From NCBI GenBank assembly GCA_016839605.1, contig JAEOTX010000045.1, positions 1-25,766 of the forward strand: a stretch of 25,766 nucleotides of DNA. Direction: 5' to 3'. The first letter of the stretch is position 1. Every line of letters begins with the position of its first letter. Below, in pieces: positions 16,797 to 25,766 of this stretch. The translations under genes and the position numbers were made by a program. The stretch is from Candidatus Thorarchaeota archaeon (GTDB lineage: Archaea; Asgardarchaeota; Thorarchaeia; Thorarchaeales; Thorarchaeaceae). Under the pieces are notes generated by a model, which saw only the letters and a list, made by a program, of their open reading frames with translations, did no database searches and was not told the origin of the DNA.

Positions 16797-18047
16797 ATGA
16801 AAAAGGCAGCCCTACTCGCCGCTGGCGAATCCACTCGAATGATGCCACTAACAGCAAACATGCCGAAGCATCTTCTCCATGTCGCCGGGAAGCCTCTGGT
16901 TTTCCATACCCTTGAAGCACTAAGAGATGCAGGCATCAAAGAGACCTTGATGATTGTTGGCTATCGAAGAGAGGAATTGAAGGAAGGAATAGACTCAGTG
17001 GACTGGAGTCCTATGAGCATCTCCTATGTTGAGCAGAAAGAGAGACGTGGAACTGCCCATGCCGCAGGTCATGCGAAGGAATTCGCCGGTGATGAACACC
17101 TAATTGTGATGAATGGAGACATCTTGATGGGCCCTGATGCATTTCAAGGGCTCATTCAGCACCACAAAAAGGACGGATATGAACTAACCCTGACTGTGTT
17201 CCCTATCGATGATCCGTCACCATACGGAGTGGTAGCGGTCAAGGATGGTAAGGTAACTGCTCTCATCGAAAAGCCTTCCAAGGAACAGATGGTGAGCAAT
17301 CTTGTCAATGTGGGAATGTATGCTGCAGGACCTTCGCTGTGGGAATCCATTGAGAATACCAAACTATCTCCTAGAGATGAGTATGAGATTACGGATTCCA
17401 TTATGATGCTGATCAAGAATGGTAATGTCGGTGCCTTCTCGATACCTTCTTGGTGGTTAGATATTGGAAAACCTTGGGACCTTCTAGAGGCTAACGAGAA
17501 GATATTGAGCACAACGAGTGGACGCATCTCGGGTGATGTGGAGAAGGGCGCGACTCTGAAAGGAGAGGTGATAGTAGAGAAGGGAGCAACTATCAGAAGT
17601 GGAGCATATATCGAGGGACCTGTGTTCATCGGAGAGGGTTCTGTGGTTGGCCCCAACTGCTTCATCCGACCTCATACGAGCCTCAGCAGAGGGGTCAAGG
17701 TGGGAAATGGATGTGAGGTCAAGAACTCGCTGATAATGGATGGTTCTAGTGTGGGACATCTCTCCTATGTTGGCGACTCGGTTATTGGACGAAAGGTCAA
17801 CTTTGGAGCAGGCACTATCACTGCAAATCTTAGGCATGATGACCTGGCTGTGAGTGTCACGGTCAAGGGAGAAAGAGTGAGTTCAGGTCGCAGAAAGCTG
17901 GGAGCGATTGTCGGAGATGATGTCAAGACAGGAATAGGCACTCTCTTGGCACCAGGAGTTGTGCTTCATCAAGGTGCAAGGACTGGTATTGGGGTTATTG
18001 TTGAGCGGGATGTAACACCAGGTAAGCTGGTCCATGGCGAGAGATAG
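16797..18047 (+). CDS. glmU: Bifunctional sugar-1-phosphate nucleotidylyltransferase/acetyltransferase (archaeal GlmU)
   Basis: LAAGESTRM, PKHL, GTAHA, NGD, EKP, WLDIGKPWDLL, hexapeptide repeats, HLSYVGDS and TANLRHD. Confidence 0.9.
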   Translation: MKKAALLAAGESTRMMPLTANMPKHLLHVAGKPLVFHTLEALRDAGIKETLMIVGYRREELKEGIDSVDWSPMSISYVEQKERRGTAHAAGHAKEFAGDEHLIVMNGDILMGPDAFQGLIQHHKKDGYELTLTVFPIDDPSPYGVVAVKDGKVTALIEKPSKEQMVSNLVNVGMYAAGPSLWESIENTKLSPRDEYEITDSIMMLIKNGNVGAFSIPSWWLDIGKPWDLLEANEKILSTTSGRISGDVEKGATLKGEVIVEKGATIRSGAYIEGPVFIGEGSVVGPNCFIRPHTSLSRGVKVGNGCEVKNSLIMDGSSVGHLSYVGDSVIGRKVNFGAGTITANLRHDDLAVSVTVKGERVSSGRRKLGAIVGDDVKTGIGTLLAPGVVLHQGARTGIGVIVERDVTPGKLVHGER

Positions 18048-18077
18048 TGGTAATGAGTACATGATGAGGTTCAAGCT

Positions 18078-19604
18078 TTGTCTAAGACCCGACTCAGAGA
18101 ACACAATGTAGTTGTGAAGGATCTTAGAGATGTCAGTGTGCTTGTAGGATATTGCTACCCATCCACGTACAGAGCAGGCATGACTGGGCTTGCCACACAC
18201 CTGTTTTACGCACTTCTTAACACAAGAGTCGACGTTTCATGCGAGCGGTATTTTCGATATGATGTCCCTTCAGCTGTTCGTTCTCTGGAAACATCCAGAC
18301 CGCTACCAGACAATCACATTGTTGCATTCTCTCTGACCTGGGAAGAGGACATTATCAACCTCATCCAGATGCTGGAGCTAGGCTCGATTGCGGTAGAAGC
18401 TAAAGATAGGACGGAGGAAAGCCCAATCGTGCTGGTTGGTGGTCCAGTTGTAAGCTCCAATCCAGAGCCCTATGTTGATTTTGTAGACGCCTTTGTTATA
18501 GGTGAAGGAGACCTAGTCATTCACGACATCATTGACGCGGTTAGAGATTCTCCATCCAGATCAAATGCTCTGGAAGGCCTGTCAGAAATTCCAGGAGTGT
18601 ATGTACCAACTACAGAGCCTTCTTCAGTGGTCAGAATTATCATAGAAGATCTTGATTCACTTGCATATCCTACCTCTCAGATCATTCCTGATGTTTTAGA
18701 GGGGTCACAACTTGAACCAGTCTTCGGAAAGTCATTCCTGACCGAGGTCACTCGTGGTTGTGGTCATTCCTGTAAATTCTGTCTGATAGGACATATCTGT
18801 CGGCCCCGCAGGACCAGATCCCTCGACAGGCTAAAGGAGATTATCGCGCAAGGACTCGAGGCTTCACCTGTAAGCAAAATATCACTAATCGGATCATCGC
18901 TTGGAGACCATGATGGTCTAGAGGACCTCGCAAATTGGGTTGTGAAGAAAGGTGTTGAGTTATCAGCCCCGTCGTTGAGGGCAGACTCGGTCACAGTGAA
19001 TCTCTTGAGGGCACTTGTAAATGGAGGTCAGCGAACTCTCACGATAGCACCAGAGGCAGGATCGCCAGAACTGAGAAAGGTCATGGGAAAGGGTCTTGAT
19101 GACGAGGACATTCACAGAGCTGTTAAGATGGCCAAGGATGCAGGATACAATGCAGTGAAGCTCTATTTCATTATAGGCCTGCCAAATGAGTCACAACAAG
19201 ACGTCTTGGCAATTGTCCAAATGGTCAAGCAGTTGGCCCAGACATATGGTCTCAGGACTACCGTTAGTGTCAATCCATTTGTCCCTAAGGCACACACAAG
19301 GTGGGAGGGTGAGCCACAGTCTACTGTTGAAGCATTGCGCCAGAAACTCAAGTTGATTGAAACCGGAGTGCGTAATGTCCCAAAGGTAACAGTGGAAGGG
19401 GTTGACCCAAGGAATGCAAGAATTCAGGCTGCGCTCTCAGTTGGTGACCGTTCGATTGGTAAAGTTATTCAGTTGGCAGCAAAATATGGAGGGCTCGGAG
19501 GTTGGAGGAGAGCTGAGAAGGAATCCGGAATTTCGTTCTTCTCAGTAGCAAATAATCCTCGATACGTGGATGGAAAAGTTCCGTGGGCATTCATGTCTAG
19601 CTAG
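18078..19604 (+). CDS. Radical SAM protein with B12-binding-like N-terminal domain (COG1032-type)
   Basis: YPSTYRAGMTGL, GGP...NPEP, IGEG, EVTRGCGHSCKFC (CxxxCxxC), TIAPEAGS, KLYFIIGLP and PFVPKAHT. Confidence 0.88.
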   Translation: MSKTRLREHNVVVKDLRDVSVLVGYCYPSTYRAGMTGLATHLFYALLNTRVDVSCERYFRYDVPSAVRSLETSRPLPDNHIVAFSLTWEEDIINLIQMLELGSIAVEAKDRTEESPIVLVGGPVVSSNPEPYVDFVDAFVIGEGDLVIHDIIDAVRDSPSRSNALEGLSEIPGVYVPTTEPSSVVRIIIEDLDSLAYPTSQIIPDVLEGSQLEPVFGKSFLTEVTRGCGHSCKFCLIGHICRPRRTRSLDRLKEIIAQGLEASPVSKISLIGSSLGDHDGLEDLANWVVKKGVELSAPSLRADSVTVNLLRALVNGGQRTLTIAPEAGSPELRKVMGKGLDDEDIHRAVKMAKDAGYNAVKLYFIIGLPNESQQDVLAIVQMVKQLAQTYGLRTTVSVNPFVPKAHTRWEGEPQSTVEALRQKLKLIETGVRNVPKVTVEGVDPRNARIQAALSVGDRSIGKVIQLAAKYGGLGGWRRAEKESGISFFSVANNPRYVDGKVPWAFMSS

Positions 19605-19703
19605 AATCAAGGCCATCTTGGCTACAGTTAAAAGGGATTATTCAAGAGAAGTCTTGGAATACATCCCAAGACGGGTCCTAGTGCAGGCGGCCTGGTGATT
19701 GCA

Positions 19704-20048
19704 ATGGTAGACGAAGAGTTCAAAGATGACTTCCCAGCGCTTGCCAAGGAGATGAGTGAGAAGCGAACTTTGACTCATAGGATAGATGGTGTCCGCACAA
19801 TGTCTGATGACGAACCTAAAGAAAAACGTGAGCACAAGACCTTCTTACCGGATATTGTGGACTATATTCGACGCTGCGATACTGTTACGCAGGCAATTGA
19901 GATTGTGGATTATATGTTAAGCCGAGATGAGATCTCTCTGTCTGATGCTCGGGAAATCAAGTCCCAACTCAAAGCTGACGGTCTACGGAGCTTTGGTGCC
20001 AAGAAGGAAAAGGACCATTATCTTCATCATGGTATAGAGCCCGAGTGA
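19704..20048 (+). CDS. DUF2095 family protein
   Basis: FPALAKE, PDIVDYIRRCDT...EIVDYM...EI and LRSFGAKKE motifs; ATG 19704 after GGTGA. Confidence 0.8.
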   Translation: MVDEEFKDDFPALAKEMSEKRTLTHRIDGVRTMSDDEPKEKREHKTFLPDIVDYIRRCDTVTQAIEIVDYMLSRDEISLSDAREIKSQLKADGLRSFGAKKEKDHYLHHGIEPE

Positions 20049-20186
20049 TGCTCAACCGTACGGCCTCCTGCGACATCCCCTGCTTGTTCTGGTACTGGTC
20101 TTTAGATTGCTCTTGCCACAGCTGCCCACAAGAAGAATACGCAGTCTAGAGTTTCTGTTTGGCAATACTGGCATGTGCCAAAGTTT

Positions 20187-21587
20187 CTAGGCTTGCTTGT
20201 AGGTGCCTTGTTCCTTTGCCCAGGAGATTGTGTCAGGATCGCATCTCTTCAGCTCACGCTCTGGGAACTCACTCAATAGATTCCATCCCAGATCTAAGGT
20301 CTGTTCAAACGAGCGGTCCTCGAACTCACCCTGGCCAATGAACTCTGCCTCGAAACGATCAGCAAACTTCAGATACTTCTGGTCACGGTCTGTAAGTGCC
20401 TCGGAACCGACTACTGCCACCAAGTCCCGTAAGTCGATACCTTCAGAGTATCCGTAGTAGAGCTGAGCTTGGACCTCCTTGTGGTCAAATCGAGTCATGC
20501 CTTCTCCGATACCTTCCTTCATGAGTCGGCTCAGTGATGGCCCAGGATCAATTGGAGGATATACACCTCGCCTGTGAAGGCCTCTGCTTAGTGGGAGCTG
20601 ACCCTCAGTGATGTAGCCAGTGAGGTCGGGGATTGGATGAGTCATGTCGTCTTGAGGCATCGAGAGGATTGGCATCTGCGTAATGGTCCCATTCCTTCCG
20701 TTGATACGGCCAGCCCGTTCATAAATCAGGCTAAGATCAGTGTAGAGATAGCCAGGATAGCCACGACGCCCTGGTACTTCGGACCTTGCAGCACTAATCT
20801 CTCTTAGAGCCTCAGCATAATTTGTCATATCAGTTAGAACGACAAGCACGTGCATATCAGACTCATAGGCAAGATATTCTGCTGCAGTAAGTGCGGCCCT
20901 GGGGGTGATGATGCGCTCAATGGCAGGGTCATTTGCCAGATTCAGAAACAGGGTTGTGTGTTCTAGTGCTCCAGTTTCCTCAAAGGACTTCATGAAGTAC
21001 TGTGCTTCTGTGGCTGTAATGCCCATAGCTGCGAATACAATAGCGAAGTCACCCTCTTCACCAGGAATCTTGGATTGCCTGACAATCTGAGCGGCAATCC
21101 TATTGTGGGGAAGACCTGAACCTGAAAAGATAGGAAGTTTCTGCCCCCGAACCAGAGTATTCAGACCATCTATTACCGATAGACCCGTCTGAATTGGCTG
21201 CCGGGGATACTGTCGAGCATAGGGATTAATCGGTGATCCATAGATGTCCCATTGATCCTCAGCCGTGAGTTTCGGGCCACCATCCAGCGGGTTTCCTGAT
21301 CCGTCAAGAACACGACCTAGAATCTCACTAGAAACAGGGAGTTTCAGGGTTTCTCCGGTAAAACGGACTGCAGTGACATCAGTGTCTAAGCCACTTGTAC
21401 CCTCGAAGACCTGTATAACAGCTCTTCCTCTACCCGTTTCAAGAACCGTGCCTGTCAGAAGCTCTCCCGATGGAGCACGAATCTTGACTACTTCATTATA
21501 GCTGACATTGTGAGTGCCCTCCACAACAAGTAGCGGTCCACTTACATCGGACACGGTACGATAAGCAACAGAGGTTTTCTTTGACAT
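20187..21587 (-). CDS. atpB: A/V-type ATP synthase subunit B
   Basis: [66 protein letters not shown] and SLSRLM motifs. Confidence 0.97.
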   Translation of the reverse strand: MSKKTSVAYRTVSDVSGPLLVVEGTHNVSYNEVVKIRAPSGELLTGTVLETGRGRAVIQVFEGTSGLDTDVTAVRFTGETLKLPVSSEILGRVLDGSGNPLDGGPKLTAEDQWDIYGSPINPYARQYPRQPIQTGLSVIDGLNTLVRGQKLPIFSGSGLPHNRIAAQIVRQSKIPGEEGDFAIVFAAMGITATEAQYFMKSFEETGALEHTTLFLNLANDPAIERIITPRAALTAAEYLAYESDMHVLVVLTDMTNYAEALREISAARSEVPGRRGYPGYLYTDLSLIYERAGRINGRNGTITQMPILSMPQDDMTHPIPDLTGYITEGQLPLSRGLHRRGVYPPIDPGPSLSRLMKEGIGEGMTRFDHKEVQAQLYYGYSEGIDLRDLVAVVGSEALTDRDQKYLKFADRFEAEFIGQGEFEDRSFEQTLDLGWNLLSEFPERELKRCDPDTISWAKEQGTYKQA

Positions 21588-21648
21588 CTCTACTAGCCGC
21601 CTCAGGTCTTCTAGTCAAGTCTTGCTCGGCTCGGTACAAATCTCCTAG

Positions 21649-21660
21649 TTTTAAGACTTA
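21649..21660 (-). promoter_or_regulatory. Putative own promoter of atpB
   Basis: Minus strand TAAGTCTTAAAA about 60 nt upstream of the atpB ATG. Confidence 0.4.
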
Positions 21661-21679
21661 CCGTGTGACTTGAGGGAAA

Positions 21680-22198
21680 CTATATCCATGGAGCTACATG
21701 AAAGAAGGCAAGAATTGGAGCAAAAAGCAGTGCTCTGACAATCAGGGATTGTCCTCTGGACTTGAGGTCTCCCGAGAGTGGAGTAAAGTACATTATAGCT
21801 CCTGAGAGGATGCATACAGCTGCGACAATGTCACCAATAGTCACTAGGAGAAAGACCAGCTCGGCATCTGACATGCCAATAAGACTCAACCATGCGCGTG
21901 TTGCGCTTTCCAGGTTTATAGGCCCCGTTCCTATTATCCCGGCAAAAATGTCGAGTACAAAGGGACCCAGGATGTAAATTGCTACACCCATTATTACAAG
22001 CGTCTTTCCCAGCCCGTCACTTAGACCTGTGACATAGATCATGAATCCTACAAGAACAAGTAACAGATAGCCACGGATTGCCAGCGCAAACAACACATTG
22101 AGCATAAGTCCTGCCAAGTCCATCCAAGGTCCATAAGTGGGAATCTCAAAAGGAGATTGAACCATCATTGAGAGAATTGGTGGGACCATTTGCTCCAC
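21680..22198 (-). CDS. Uncharacterised 4-TM membrane protein with internal duplication (VirB2/CedA1-pilin-like hairpins?)
   Basis: Two similar halves: LVLVGFMIYVTGLSDGLGKTLVIMG and CILSGAIMYFTPLSGDLKSRGQSLIVRA. Start may be ATG 22189. Confidence 0.7.
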   Translation of the reverse strand: MEQMVPPILSMMVQSPFEIPTYGPWMDLAGLMLNVLFALAIRGYLLLVLVGFMIYVTGLSDGLGKTLVIMGVAIYILGPFVLDIFAGIIGTGPINLESATRAWLSLIGMSDAELVFLLVTIGDIVAAVCILSGAIMYFTPLSGDLKSRGQSLIVRALLFAPILAFFHVAPWI

Positions 22199-22233
22199 AG
22201 AAAGTTGTCAAGTGCACAGCATTTAACCGCCAC

Positions 22234-22785
22234 TCATTTGAGCTCCTGTTTCAATATCTCGAAATCTGCTTTCATAACATCTCTGAACTTAGGAAACCTG
22301 AGTGCAGCTGCGGGGTGATAAGTGATGAAGAATGTGTGTTCACCACCTTCGTAGAATCTTCCATGAGATTGAGACAGCTTCCATGGACCAATCATAGATG
22401 ATACCGCAACACCACCAAGAAGCACAACAATCTGCGGATTGATGATCTCTATTTGGCGTTCAAGATAATGTCTGCAGGCTTCTATCTCACGCCGAGATGG
22501 AGTTCGATTTTTTGGCGGCCGTGATTTCAAGATTGATGTGATAAAGACGTCACTCCTAGAGAGACCAATACCTGAGAGCAGTGTAGTGAGAAGCTCACCT
22601 GACCGTCCGACAAATGGACGGCCTGACTCATCCTCTCTAGCTCCCGGGGCTTCACCAACCAACATCAATTTTGCATCTACTGGACCTTCTCCAGGAACTG
22701 GATTCAAGCGGGATATGTGCAAGCGACATTTCTCACATGTCGCAATCTCTTCATGAAGTCGGTCCAATTCCTTTTGGCGAGTCAT
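22234..22785 (-). CDS. udg: Uracil-DNA glycosylase, family 4 (variant motifs)
   Basis: CEKC, VGEAPG, E...GRPFVG, RPPKNRTP and TYHPAA motifs. Confidence 0.92.
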   Translation of the reverse strand: MTRQKELDRLHEEIATCEKCRLHISRLNPVPGEGPVDAKLMLVGEAPGAREDESGRPFVGRSGELLTTLLSGIGLSRSDVFITSILKSRPPKNRTPSRREIEACRHYLERQIEIINPQIVVLLGGVAVSSMIGPWKLSQSHGRFYEGGEHTFFITYHPAAALRFPKFRDVMKADFEILKQELK

Positions 22786-22856
22786 CTCTTATCATTGGTG
22801 GTACTCGCTCCCGATAAATTCCACTATGCCTTGCAGCAGTTGGGGTTCAGGAAGAG

Positions 22857-24665
<1,809 letters not shown>

Positions 24666-24690
24666 CTTCATTCGCTCCATCATTGTAAAG

Positions 24691-25014
24691 CTAGACTTTA
24701 ATTTCGATACCAACGGCCCTCCGGATCAATTCTCGTAGGACATCCTCATATGCACCGGTGGAACCCTGTCTGTCTGGTATCAACAGGATGACCGGGACTG
24801 GTGCCTCGGAGAGCTCCATCAACGTAGATTCTATGGGTTTGGCGAGGGGTTCTGTGATGACTATGAGCCCAGTATCTGGGTCTCTGAAGTATCTGGTCAG
24901 CACACTTCGTGTTTCTTCAGGAGTAGTGGGAATGGCACATTCACTGGCTCCAACCATCTGAAAACCAGTGACGGTGTCCCTGTCTCCAATCACTACAATC
25001 TTGTTGCCGACCAT
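24691..25014 (-). CDS. atpF: A/V-type ATP synthase subunit F
   Basis: IVVIGDRDTVTGFQMVG and LRELIRRAVG motifs; ATG 25014 after GGAG. Confidence 0.93.
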   Translation of the reverse strand: MVGNKIVVIGDRDTVTGFQMVGASECAIPTTPEETRSVLTRYFRDPDTGLIVITEPLAKPIESTLMELSEAPVPVILLIPDRQGSTGAYEDVLRELIRRAVGIEIKV

Positions 25015-25089
25015 TCGTTGCTCCACGCCGTTTTCGCTATTTCGGGGTTGAAGCAGTTATTCTGCTAATGGGCTGCAACAAATGTCGGG

Positions 25090-25103
25090 ATAATTAAGGT
25101 TTT
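25090..25103 (-). promoter_or_regulatory. BRE-TATA promoter of atpF-atpA
   Basis: Minus strand GAAAACCTTAATTAT, a canonical archaeal BRE+TATA; same 14-mer as 6408-6421. Confidence 0.65.
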
Positions 25104-25129
25104 CATTCGACATCGTGGCCAATAATGCA

Positions 25130-25621
25130 TCATTTCGTTTCTGTAAACTGAGCAACGATGTCTGTTTCATCAACCATTGTCCAACAATAATGGCATTTGA
25201 GAGAAACGGGATCTTTCGAAACAACTTGAAACTTGGGCGTCACTGGTTCCCTCTCCTTGTTTGTCACACAGCGCTGGTTTGGACAGGTGATTACATCATC
25301 TATCATATCAGGCAATTGGATGCGGGTCTTCCTGGTTACTTTACCGTCCTCTATGAGATTCAGAGTTGCATCAGGAGCCACTAGAGCAACTCGAGCTACT
25401 TCGTGGTCCTCAAGGAATCTATGCTCCAGCTTAACAATGTCCTTTTCCCCAGTCTTGGAGCTGCTGATGTTCATTGCAAGGGTAATGATGTAGTCCTCCT
25501 TCCCCGTTATTCCAAGGATTTGCAGTACTTGAAGAGCGTGCCCTGCTGTGATATGATCAATCACTGTTCCATCAGATATTTTGACAACTCGAATGCCTTC
25601 GACCTTCTTCCTCTCACTCAT
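25130..25621 (-). CDS. pyrI: Aspartate carbamoyltransferase regulatory subunit
   Basis: GTVIDHI, KDIVKLE and Zn ligands CPNQRC...CHYC. Likely start ATG 25621. Confidence 0.95.
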   Translation of the reverse strand: MSERKKVEGIRVVKISDGTVIDHITAGHALQVLQILGITGKEDYIITLAMNISSSKTGEKDIVKLEHRFLEDHEVARVALVAPDATLNLIEDGKVTRKTRIQLPDMIDDVITCPNQRCVTNKEREPVTPKFQVVSKDPVSLKCHYCWTMVDETDIVAQFTETK

Positions 25622-25766
25622 CTGTTTCCACTGGGAGAGTAGGGGACCCCTCGGTTGTTTTATTCTTTCCCCTCCTTCTGCGCGATTAGGCGCCAATGTT
25701 GAAAGCGAAGGTTGATATGGAGAACGACGGGACTGCTTTTCGATAACACGGTGACACGCTTTGGTC

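Noticed and set aside
21680-22198. Duplicated ATPase proteolipid (subunit K/c)
   Set aside because: Lacks the GxGxG-type packing motif and the conserved ion-binding Glu.
25624-25636. Mini-ORB-like CCAGTGGAAAC on the minus strand just upstream of pyrI
   Set aside because: Single copy, no G-string, no AT-rich unwinding element and no orc1/cdc6 gene in the window.
25696-25766. Possible start or end of another gene at the right edge
   Set aside because: Too short to assign; no frame gives a recognisable motif.

Overview
Archaeal chromosomal window with about 26 housekeeping CDSs. The gene mix (Hef, archaeal GlmU, RibL, DUF2095, tungsten AOR, A-type ATPase, small wHTH proteins) suggests an Asgard/Thorarchaeia-like genome; this is inference, not proven. 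Order: partial RPA32-like gene, fen1, small Zn-finger (missed by the ORF track), EF-1beta, cdc48-wHTH-ribL, GT-C membrane glycosyltransferase, a deoC-aor-(PUA/PAPS-reductase-like Fe-S) operon, PRC-barrel protein, ArsB/NhaD-type permease, hef, two wHTH regulators, glmU-radical SAM, DUF2095, a broken ATPase cluster (atpF-atpA-udg-membrane protein-atpB) and pyrI. I saw no rRNA, tRNA, CRISPR array or mobile element. Most notable: (1) a 29-bp block-conserved motif in three copies, upstream of the PRC-barrel gene and in the permease/hef intergenic region, which may mark an unknown regulon; (2) DeoC with an extra CxxC-x21-CxxC tail, placed directly upstream of AOR; (3) a gene that appears to need a CTG start codon; (4) a tandem VirB2/CedA1-pilin-like membrane protein and a motif-variant UDG between atpA and atpB.
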